A DNA stretch of 64,000 nucleotides, taken from positions 11,036,001-11,100,000 of the forward strand of contig JAWMAR010000007.1 in assembly GCA_036785375.1 (NCBI GenBank). Reading direction: 5' to 3'. Each line of letters opens with the position of its first letter. The stretch's first letter is position 1. The notes under the pieces are model-generated. The model made no database searches, was not told the origin of the DNA, and saw nothing but the letters and a program-made list of their open reading frames with translations. Shown here piece by piece: positions 39,201-46,625 of this stretch. This DNA is from Leucoraja ocellata (lineage: Eukaryota). A program made the translations under genes and the position numbers.

Positions 39201-42200
39201 GGCTGGGAAACAGGAAGCAAAGAGTAGGAGTAAACGGGTCCTTTTCACAATGGCAGGCAGTGACTAGTGGGGTACCGCAAGGCTCAGTGCTGGGACCCCA
39301 GCTATTTACAATATATATTAATGATCTGGATGAGGGAATTGAAGGCAATATCTCCAAGTTTGCGGATGACACTAAGCTGGGGGGCAGTGTTAGCTGTGAG
39401 GAGGATGCTAGGACACTGCAAGGTGACTTGGATAGGCTGGGTGAGTGGGCAAATGTTTGGCAGATGCAGTATAATGTGGATAAATGTGAGGTTATCCATT
39501 TTGGTGGCAAAAACAGGAAAGCAGACTATTATCTAAATGGTGGCTGACTAGGAAAAGGGGAGATGCAGCGAGACCTGGGTGTCATGGTACACCAGTCATT
39601 GAAAGTAGGCATGCAGGTGCAGCAGGCAGTGAAGAAAGCGAATGGTATGTTTGCTTTCATAGCAAAAGGATTTGAGTATAGGAGCAGGGAGGTTCTACTG
39701 CAGTTGTACAGGGTCTTGGTGAGACCACACCTGGAGTATTGCGTACAGTTTTGGTCTCCAAATCTGAGGAAGGACATTATTGACATAGAGGGAGTGCAGA
39801 GAAGGTTCACCAGACTGATTCCTGGGATGTCAGGACTGTCTTATGAAGAAAGACTGGATAGACTTGGTTTATACTCTCTAGAATTTAGGAGATTGAGAGG
39901 GGATCTTATAGAAACTTACAAAATTCTTAAGGGGTTGGACAGGCTAGATGCAGGAAGATTGCTCCCGATGTTGGGGAAGTCCAGGACAAGGGGTCACAGC
40001 TTAAGGATAAGGGCGAAATCCTTTAAAACCGAGATGAGAAGAACTTTTTTCACACAGAGAGTGGTGAATCTCTGGAATTATCTGCCGCAGAGGGTAGTCG
40101 AGGCCAGTTCATTGAATATATTTAAGAGGGAGTTAAATGTGGCCCTTGTGGCTAAGGGGATCAAAGGGTATGGAAAGAAGGCAGGTACGGGATACTGAGT
40201 TGGATGATCAGCCATGATCATATTGAATAGCGGTGCAGGCTCGAAGGGCCGAATGGCCTACTCCTGCACCTAATTTCTATGTTTCTATGTTTCTAATACA
40301 GTGAGGGAGAGATGCTGGAATGCAATAACAATCTGTGTTCTTTTCAGATCCCCAGGAGTATCAGAATAACACTCTGTACAGCAATTTGCACATTCAAAGA
40401 CCTCCCTGCAAAGAGGAGGAGACTGGTAAGGACCACTGAACACACCGTGAGCGGCAAAATACACACATCTGCGAGGACACCCCTTGGGAACACATCAAAC
40501 CCATTTCATACTGAGTGAGCCCAGCACCGATCCCTGTGATACACCACTAGTCACAGGCCTCCAGTCTGAAAAGCAACCCATCACCACCACCTTCCACCAA
40601 GCCAAATTCATATCCAATTGGCTCATTCACCCTAGACCTCATGTGATTTAATCTTCCAGAATGGTAAGACATGTGAGAACTTGGCAAAGGCCTTGTTAAC
40701 GTCCATGCAGGCAATGTGTACCAGCTCTGCCCTCATCAATAGACTCATCGCCTCATCAAAAGCTCAGTCAAATTCATGAGTCACACACAAATTCCACACA
40801 CAAAGCCATGCCCTCATTTACAGCATTGTTCACGTTCAAAGCCGTTCTCGAGTAGGAGTGGAGATAGGTAAGGAACAGTAAGCACACGGTGAGCTGTGAA
40901 ACAACGTGGTGGTGTGGACGCCCCAAGTAAAATAGTGTCCCCAACGGGCTGGGAGGCAAACCCTTGATGTACTGACTAGAACCATCCACTGGCACTGACA
41001 ATATACACTGGGTTTCCCAGCGAGCCTGTGATCCAGAGCTCTCGATATCCAACATTCAGGGCAGGTGCAGCAAAGGCCAGACATGGTGGAAGTAGTAACA
41101 AAGACCCAGGACATAGAGTTACTAGAGATCCTGGTGTGGTTTATTTTCCGCTTCCCACCAATGGGCAGCCAAGCGTTAGACCTGGAAGTACAATGCTGTC
41201 TATTCTGCAGTACGGTTCTATACAGAAGCAGCGAGGGTTCTCTTGGGGCATGCAATGTATCATAATGAGGGGTGAAGAACAGTCTTGGCAAAAGATGGAC
41301 CACTATAGGAGGGGCAATCGGAACAGGCAAGAGACGGTGATTATCAAAGGTGGGGACTCATAGAGTCATAGAGCACAGAGACAGGCTCTTTGGTCCAACT
41401 TGCTCAAGCCAACCAAAATGCCCATCCACACTAGTCCCAATTGCCTGCATTTGGCCCATATCCCTATACACCTTTCCAAACCAAGTACCTGTCCCAATGT
41501 CGTTTAAATGGGAGTGGGTGGTTTGAGTCATAGAATACAGTGGGGGAGCGATGCTGGAATGCAATAACAATCTGTGTTCTTTTCAGATCCCCAGGAGTAT
41601 CAGAATAACACTCTGTACAGTACTGTGCACATTCAAAGACCTCCCTGCAAAGAGGAGGAGACTGGTAAGGACCACCGAACACACCGTGAGCGGCAAAATA
41701 CACACATCTGCGAGGACACCCCTTGGGAACACATCAAACCCATTTCATACTGAGTGAGCCCAGCACCGATCCCTGTGATACACCACTAGTCACAGGCCTC
41801 CATTCTGAGAAGCAACCCATCACCACCACCTTCCACCAAGCCAAATTCATATCCAATTGGCTCATTCACCCTAGACCTCATGTGATTTAATCTTCCAGAA
41901 TGGTAAGCCATGTGAGAACTTGGCAAAGGCCATGTTAACGTCCATGCAGGCAATGTGTACCAGCTCTGCCCTCATCAATAGACTCATCGCCTCATCAAAA
42001 GCTCAGTCAAATTCATGAGTCACACACAAATTCCACACACAAAGCCATGCTAACTATCCCTCATCAGTCGTTACTGTTCCAAATCCGGGTACATCCTTGT
42101 ACATCCTTGTAAAGCTCATTCTACGCTTCCCCCCAGTCTAGTTTCAGTCAATAAGATACTGAGTCAAGCCCTTACGCATCTAAATTTTATTTTGGAAATA

Positions 42201-44867
42201 CACAATAACAGTTCCTCACTACTATACCTAACCACTGTGGGTTCGATCCTTGTATCTGATTGGCCAAGCTCTCCTAGCCTTGTGCAAGCAGAGACACTCC
42301 AAACAGTCGCACAGTCCCAAACGTTCTCCCAGAAGATCGACTCAGGACCTCGTGGGAGTGGCCTTTTATAGGTGCCCGAACCTTGAGGGACGAATCATAT
42401 GGGGGTGGTCTCTTTACAGTCCAATAACAGATATCGATTAACACAGTACATGATAGACATTTCCCAAACCCAATAATACAGTAACTAATACTTTGTATTC
42501 AAACGGAGCTTCTGGAAGGAAGCAAACATAGCAACATGTGCCTTGTTATTCAAGAAACCTAGACAAGGCTCAACACTTAATCCAATCAACATCTTGCAAA
42601 GTAAAGCTTTGGAACAATATTAACAATGTATATATCTGGTTTGCATTCACCCAATCCGTTTCATGCAATTTACACCTAATTGTAAGAATCCGCAGAAGTC
42701 CCATTCTTTTCCTACAACTCTTATCTAGGCTCCAGACAAGCTGGCACCATTCTGCAGCTTGTCCCATTTCTGCAGAAGGCACATTTAAATTGACCAAATG
42801 GCCTAGCAGACCAGAAGCCTTTACACAATTTTAGTGTCTTGGCATCTCCAATTTGGCCAGAATTAACATCAAAATCCCCTCCAGTAATTCCCTCACCACT
42901 ACAGGCTCACTGGTCTGTAGTTCCCTGTCTTGTACTTGCAGCCCTTCTTAAATAGGGGCACAACATTTACCACCCTCCAATCTTCCAGTACCACTCTTAT
43001 GTTAAAGATGATGCAAATGCCTCTGCCAGAGCACTTGAAATTTCGTCCCTAGCTTCCTGCAATATCCTAGGATACATCTCATCAGGCCTGGGACATTTAT
43101 TTACCCTAATATGTCTTAAGACTGCCAGCACCTCTTTTGTAATGTAGATATGTTCCAATGTATTGCAATTCAATACTCTTAATTCCTAACTTCCATGACC
43201 TTCTCCACGATAAATACAGATGAGAAATGTTAATTTAAAACCTCGCCCATCTCCCATTGATGACCATGTTGATCCTATTCTCTTTATTTAGCCTTTTGCT
43301 CTTAATATACTTCGAGAATTTCTCTGAGTTCTCCGTTATCTTATCTGCCATAGCTATCTCATGTCCTCTTTTTGTCCTCTTTATTTCGCTCTAAATTGAA
43401 AGCCTACATCCTTTATACTTGAGAGGTTTGCTTGATTCCCAGCTACCTATATCTGACATATGCCCCTGTTGCATGACTAATGTTTCAATGTCCATCATAA
43501 ATCATGTTGAATGGCTGAATGGCCAACTTCCCTCCCTATTCCTTACATTCTGTGGACAAGATTCCTCAGACAGTAGCTTGGCTCTGTGTAGTTGGCTGTC
43601 AACCAGAGGACATGGGTTTAACTCAAGAACCAGGTGACTTTTGTTTAACGTGAGAGCTAAAAGATATAATAGGAAAAAGAAGGGCAACATTTTCACACAG
43701 AGGGTGGTGGTCAGAGCTACCAGAGGAGGGTAGTTGAGGAAGGTACTATGACAACATTTCAAAGACATTTGGTCAGGTACATGGAAAGGAAAGGTTTAGA
43801 GACATATGGGCCAAATGTGGGCAAGTGGGCTTAGTGTAGATGGGCATCTTGGAAGACATGGGCAAGTTGGACCGAAGGGCCTGTTTCCATACTGTATGAC
43901 TCTGACTCTATAAACAGCTGATGATCCTGGTCTCAGGGGGTTGGATGGATGATGGGGGGAAGGGGTCAGTGTGGGAGCAAAGAGCTTCGAAATGGGGCAA
44001 GTTCCCTCTGGCAATGAGAAGAGTAAGAGTACCCGCAATATAGAGGAGAGAGTCTCTGACAAGCCGGTTCTCTGATGGGTGAGAGGGCCTGGCCTTCCTC
44101 AAACTGGGTTGAATTCAAGCAATTTTCTAATATTGAGAGGGCAGGTCCAGGGAAAGCCAGGCACAATTGAAGAAGGACCAGAATACAAGGAGCCCAAATC
44201 AACCAGGATGACCATATCATCAGTTTATCTAACCTGTCTAACCAGCAGTTGAGTGAAAGACTGGGGAGAGTGGCCATCAGACGATAATGGAGAGGGGGTG
44301 TTGGATCTGGGGTGGAAGGCTGACTGAATTTGCAGAGAGGGTTCCAGTTCTGGATAGGCTCTGAGTTTGAGAGATTAGAAGTTTTCCTCTCACGAGGGGA
44401 ATGGATTGGTTGTTTGCATACCTATCTATTCCAAGAGTACGGCAATCAAATGCGGGAGGATGAGTTTAAGATGCGACGGGAAAGATATAATAGGAACCTG
44501 ATAGGTAAATTTTTCACACAGAGGGTGATGGTATATGGAACGAGCTGCCAGAAGAGGTAGTTGAGGCAAATACTCTGACAACATTTAAAAGACAGGTGCA
44601 TGGTTTGGAAAGGTTAAGAGGGATATAGGCCAAACACAAGCATGTGGGATTAGAGTATATGGGGCATCTTGGTCGGCATTGGAAAGTTGGGCCGAAGGGC
44701 CTGTTTTCGTGTTGTATAACTATGGTTCTCAATGGTTTGAATCAAGATAGAAGAATCTTACAATGACAACATAAAATCATAAAAATTGAATTGTTTATCT
44801 TCCAGGCTGCATTTATGCAACGGTTGTATATACAAAAGAACAGGCCAAGGATGCAAGTGGAGAATAA
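177..44867 (+). CDS. Multi-exon Siglec-15-like Ig-superfamily receptor (SP-V-V-V-V-C2-TM-multi-ITIM/ITSM tail), ~815 aa if all 13 exons are joined
   Basis: Exons: 177-225, 14942-15331, 19451-19819, 22799-23161, 25453-25815, 26642-27010, 31240-31311, 32598-32714, 36347-36406, 37126-37203, 40348-40425, 41587-41664, 44806-44867. All have AG/GT boundaries and phase-1 introns. Summed length is 2448 nt, open to TAA at 44865-44867. The first V and the C2-TM exon resemble Siglec-15. Confidence 0.75.
814..4614 (-). pseudogene. L1 ORF2 (endonuclease-reverse transcriptase) with one in-frame TAA at 1264-1266
   Basis: Motifs [37 protein letters not shown]. The frame continues past the stop (HRLYYSK...CDKC...HSFVFC) into ORF 814-1101. 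Confidence 0.92.
5541..6572 (-). pseudogene. L1 ORF1 (coiled coil + RRM/CTD) with one in-frame TGA at 6102-6104
   Basis: ORFs 6102-6572 and 5541-6011 share a frame. The linker reads [15 protein letters not shown], followed by AHR, PRQIIVK and YPA motifs typical of L1 ORF1. Confidence 0.88.
6981..10930 (-). mobile_element. CR1-clade LINE (HER1-like), near full length, disrupted ORF2
   Basis: SGNH-esterase ORF1 at 10064-10876 (GDS...DGLH). EN/RT fragments ([29 protein letters not shown]). 3' tail (CTATGTTT)n at 6981-7017. Confidence 0.93.
12130..14362 (+). mobile_element. 5'-truncated CR1-clade LINE, degenerate
   Basis: RT fragments ([12 protein letters not shown]) with frameshifts; 3' tail TTCTATGTCTCTATGTTTCT. 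Confidence 0.9.
14375..14515 (-). mobile_element. Degenerate tRNA-derived SINE (V-SINE/HE1-like)
   Basis: Similar to the SINE copy at 28690-28850 (GGCACAGTGGAGCAGC...GAGCTGCT...GACTCAGAGTTTAATCCTGAC on the minus strand). Confidence 0.45.
14942..15331 (+). CDS. V-set Ig exon V0, Siglec-15-like, retains the essential Arg
   Basis: Acceptor TCTTCACAG|, donor |[33 protein letters not shown] and CRVEL parallel Siglec-15 CTFTHPHRHYDG, RFRLLGNPRRNDLSL and CRVEF (recalled from memory). Confidence 0.88.
18570..18935 (+). mobile_element. Old CR1 fragment (ORF1 end / endonuclease start)
   Basis: GLKYVYFNV...WNYDVVAI resembles the CR1 ORF2 N-terminus. Confidence 0.55.
19451..19819 (+). CDS. V-set Ig exon V1
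   Basis: ATLNC...W...RYELVG...DASIRV...D-x-x-x-YFC. Acceptor is a weak CCGAG|, donor |GTAAGG, phase 1-1. Confidence 0.85.
20000..20085 (+). pseudogene. Decayed relic of the C2-set exon 5' end
   Basis: CAGCCACCATCTTGGAGCT..GTGATAATGTATCTGGAGA..GTGTGCGGG aligns to 26642-26725 with indels and a shifted acceptor. Confidence 0.65.
21530..22445 (+). mobile_element. CR1 RT 3' fragment, degenerate
   Basis: [22 protein letters not shown] and VVNLWNSLP fragments with frameshifts. Confidence 0.85.
22799..23161 (+). CDS. V-set Ig exon V2
   Basis: ATLPC...W...RYDLLG...DASIRV...DYSC. Acceptor TCTCTCTGCAAG|, donor |GTAAGG, phase 1-1. Confidence 0.88.
23235..23790 (-). mobile_element. Degenerate CR1-like 3' fragment
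   Basis: FTQRVVG-type C-terminal peptide in ORF 23360-23599. Confidence 0.6.
24561..25224. mobile_element. Non-autonomous PIF/Harbinger-type DNA transposon (MITE)
   Basis: Imperfect ~24-bp TIRs (AGGGCTTGTCCCACTTAGGTGATT / AATCGCGTACGTTGGACAGGCCCT), TAA duplication at 24558-24560 and 25225-25227, CGAC-rich non-coding interior. Confidence 0.75.
25453..25815 (+). CDS. V-set Ig exon V3
   Basis: ATLPC...W...RYELVG...DASIRV...DYFC. Acceptor TTTTCTCTATACAAG|, donor |GTAAGG, phase 1-1. Confidence 0.88.
25881..26058 (+). mobile_element. Short 3' end of a young CR1/HER1-like LINE
   Basis: Near-identical to 40118-40293, (CTATGTTT)n tail, and interrupts intron sequence that is contiguous after V1 and V2. 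Confidence 0.9.
26642..27010 (+). CDS. C2-set Ig domain + transmembrane exon
   Basis: [18 protein letters not shown]...GKYTCVAEN parallels Siglec-15 LCTAEGEPPPALAWSGP...GRYTCTAAN. Hydrophobic [20 protein letters not shown] is followed by KK. Acceptor TTCTCCAAG|, donor |GTGAGT. Confidence 0.9.
27085..28400 (+). mobile_element. Old CR1-like RT/3' fragments
   Basis: GTTAGGCCACATTTGGAGTATT...CAGTTCTGGTC and TTTGCAGATGAT segments are homologous to the other CR1 copies; heavily degraded. Confidence 0.55.
28690..28850 (-). mobile_element. tRNA-derived SINE (V-SINE/HE1-like)
   Basis: The minus strand has A-box-like TGGCACAGCGGTAG and B-box-like GGTTTGATCC, then GGAGTTTGTAAGTTCTCCCTGT. Related copies lie near 32960-33200 and 52655-52830. 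Confidence 0.6.
28920..29260 (-). mobile_element. Rex1/Babar-like LINE 3' fragment
   Basis: [12 protein letters not shown]...[13 protein letters not shown]...RFRNSFFP, homologous to 49769-50011. Confidence 0.65.
29502..30132. repeat. Minisatellite, 20-bp unit CCACTGGGACACA(G/A)GGAGGC, about 31 copies
   Basis: Direct head-to-tail units with single-base variants and no spacers. Confidence 0.97.
31240..31311 (+). CDS. Cytoplasmic exon 1 ([23 protein letters not shown])
   Basis: Acceptor TTTCCTGTGTCTTTGACAG|, donor CAG|GTAATA, 72 nt, phase 1-1, open frame. Confidence 0.65.
32598..32714 (+). CDS. Cytoplasmic exon 2 with ITIM-like PIYSVV
   Basis: Acceptor TTTTTTGTGTCTTTGACAG|, donor |GTGAGT, 117 nt, phase 1-1; [39 protein letters not shown]. 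Confidence 0.78.
34461..35020 (-). mobile_element. CR1/HER1-like 3' fragment, young
   Basis: Near-identical to 6990-7560; ORF 34551-34985 is the RT C-terminus. Confidence 0.92.
35783..36338 (+). mobile_element. L2-clade LINE 3' fragment with (TTA)n tail
   Basis: [14 protein letters not shown]...RAFSIAAP...LP...LKTHF is an L2-type ORF2 C-terminus, followed by AATAAAG(TTA)n. Flanked by CT(T/C)TCCAGAT direct repeats at 35773-35782 and 36339-36348. Confidence 0.85.
36347..36406 (+). CDS. Cytoplasmic exon 3 with canonical ITIM LIYSIV
   Basis: CTCTCCAG|...|GTAAGG, 60 nt, phase 1-1; [20 protein letters not shown]. Confidence 0.72.
37126..37203 (+). CDS. Cytoplasmic exon 4a ([26 protein letters not shown])
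   Basis: TGTTCTTTTCAG|...|GTAAGG, 78 nt, phase 1-1, TxYxxL motif. Confidence 0.78.
37862..40293 (+). mobile_element. Young 5'-truncated CR1/HER1-like LINE inserted in repeat unit 2
   Basis: 560-aa and 211-aa ORF2 parts and a (CTATGTTT)n tail. It interrupts GATAGAATACAG, which is contiguous in units 1 and 3. Confidence 0.95.
40348..40425 (+). CDS. Cytoplasmic exon 4b (identical to 4a, TLYSNL)
   Basis: Same intact acceptor and donor, 78 nt. Confidence 0.7.
41587..41664 (+). CDS. Cytoplasmic exon 4c with canonical ITSM TLYSTV
   Basis: Same acceptor and donor; differs from 4a/4b only at AGCAATTTG vs AGTACTGTG. Confidence 0.78.
44806..44867 (+). CDS. Terminal coding exon with ITIM/ITSM-like CIYATV
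   Basis: Acceptor TTGTTTATCTTCCAG|, phase 1; [20 protein letters not shown]. Confidence 0.72.
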
Positions 44868-46625
44868 AACATCCTGCTCATGACAAACCTCCCTGGTATT
44901 TTCGGATAACGTTGAAGTACAGATCATGAGTTAAATTGGAACGCTTGAGACCCGGGACTGGGGGTGCCCCACTGTAGGACGTCTGTGACACTTCGGAGGC
45001 TTCTGTGCATTTGAGTTCCTCGGCAAAAAATCATCTGTTACAGTGCCAGGACGAACCAGATCAATTAATTGCCAGCGAACTGCTTCTGAAGTGCAGTCAC
45101 TATCGTAAGACAGGGAGTCAAAGCTCAGCAAAAGTCTTCTGAAACATAGTAATGAATGGATAATTGAAAAGTGAATGTTGGAGCGCGGGTATTTGGGGAA
45201 ACCTTTCCCCTGCTCATCTTCAGAACATGAAACTATCATATTGTCGTGAGATTACACACGTTTGCGTTTTGGGGAAGGAAATCAGCTGTTCTTCCGTCTG
45301 TTGAGGCCCACTGCAAGGGTGGATCGCAGAACACCAAACAATCTGTTGCAGGAACTCAGCAGGTCTGGGTGGGGGTGTAGTTTGGAGGAATTGTGAAAGG
45401 AAGTGTGACTCCCATCTGTACTTGGGAAAATACTTCAGCAAGCCACTCAATTCAAGGGAAAATAGGGATGTGAAATAACTGCTGGCTCACAGAGTGACAG
45501 TACTTCAATTAGTCGTTCTTTTTACAGGCTTTTTACCTATATTCAGTCTTTCTACTGATCCTGGCAACAACATTGGTTCATACAGCACGGAAACAGGCTC
45601 ATGAGTCCAACTACATGCCCCATTGATGCTAGTCCCATCTGCCTGCATTTAGCCCATGTCACTCTCAACTTTCCCCATCCATGTACCTGTCAAATGCCCT
45701 TTAAAGGTTGTGATCGTTCCTGTATCAATCACTACCCCAAGCAGCTTGGTCCATATACCTACCACCCTCTGTGTGAAATGTTGTCCCTCAGATTCCCATT
45801 AAATCTTTCTCCTCTCACCCTAAAAATATTCCCAAAGCCAAAGTCAAAATAAAAGTCAAATTTATCCTGGTTCATGATTCTCCTATACTCCTATAGGATA
45901 AAAGACTCTGTGCATTTACCTGTTTATTCCATCGCGATCTTATACACCTCCAAACGATCCCCCCTCATCCTCCTGTACTCCAAGGAATAAAGTCCTATGC
46001 AGCCCAACTTCTCCATATAGCTCAGGCCCTCGAGTCCTGGCAATAGTCTTGTAAATTTTCTCATCAGTCATTCCAGCTTGTCATGGATGTCTGGGATGAT
46101 AAAAGAAAGATAGGTCTTAATTAGGATGAGTAGGCCATTCAGCCTCTTGTGGCTGCTGAACTATTCAATGTAATAATGATTCCTTCCCTGCATCATGTTC
46201 CTGCACTAATTCAATATCTATTGATTTCCTTAATTGCCTGGACTTTCAGAAAGCATTTGATCAGGTCCCACATAGGAGATTATTGGGCAAAATTAGGGCA
46301 CATGGTATTGGGGGTAGAGAAGTAGTTGGCAGACAGGAAACAAAGAGTAGGGATTAACGGGTCCCTTTCAGAATGGCAGGCAGTGACTAGTGGGGTACCG
46401 CAAGGCTCGGTACTGGGACTGCATCTATTTACAATATACATCAATGATTTGGATGAAGGGATTCAAAGTAACATTAGCAAATTTGCAGATGGCACAAAGC
46501 TGGGTGGCAGTGTGAACTGTGAGGAGGATGCCATGAGAATGCAGGGTGACTTGGATAGGTTGTGGGAGTGGGCAGATGCATGGCAGATCAAGTTTAATGT
46601 GGATAAATGTGAGGTTATCCACTTT

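Larger units (their letters stand above)
36347..42050 (+). repeat. Recent tandem triplication of a ~1.2 kb unit carrying tail exons
   Basis: Units 36347-37570, 37571-40807 (two internal deletions plus a CR1 insertion) and 40808-42046 are near-identical and joined through ATGC microhomology. Confidence 0.93.

Noticed and set aside
36375-41757. Repeated 60-160 aa ORFs on both strands (e.g. 36375-36869, 36567-37046, 40836-41330)
   Set aside because: They recur only because of the triplication and have no recognisable domains; the real coding parts are 60-78 nt exons in other frames.
44863-44868. AATAAA overlapping the stop codon as the poly(A) signal
   Set aside because: It would leave almost no 3'UTR and cannot be told from chance without 3'-end data.
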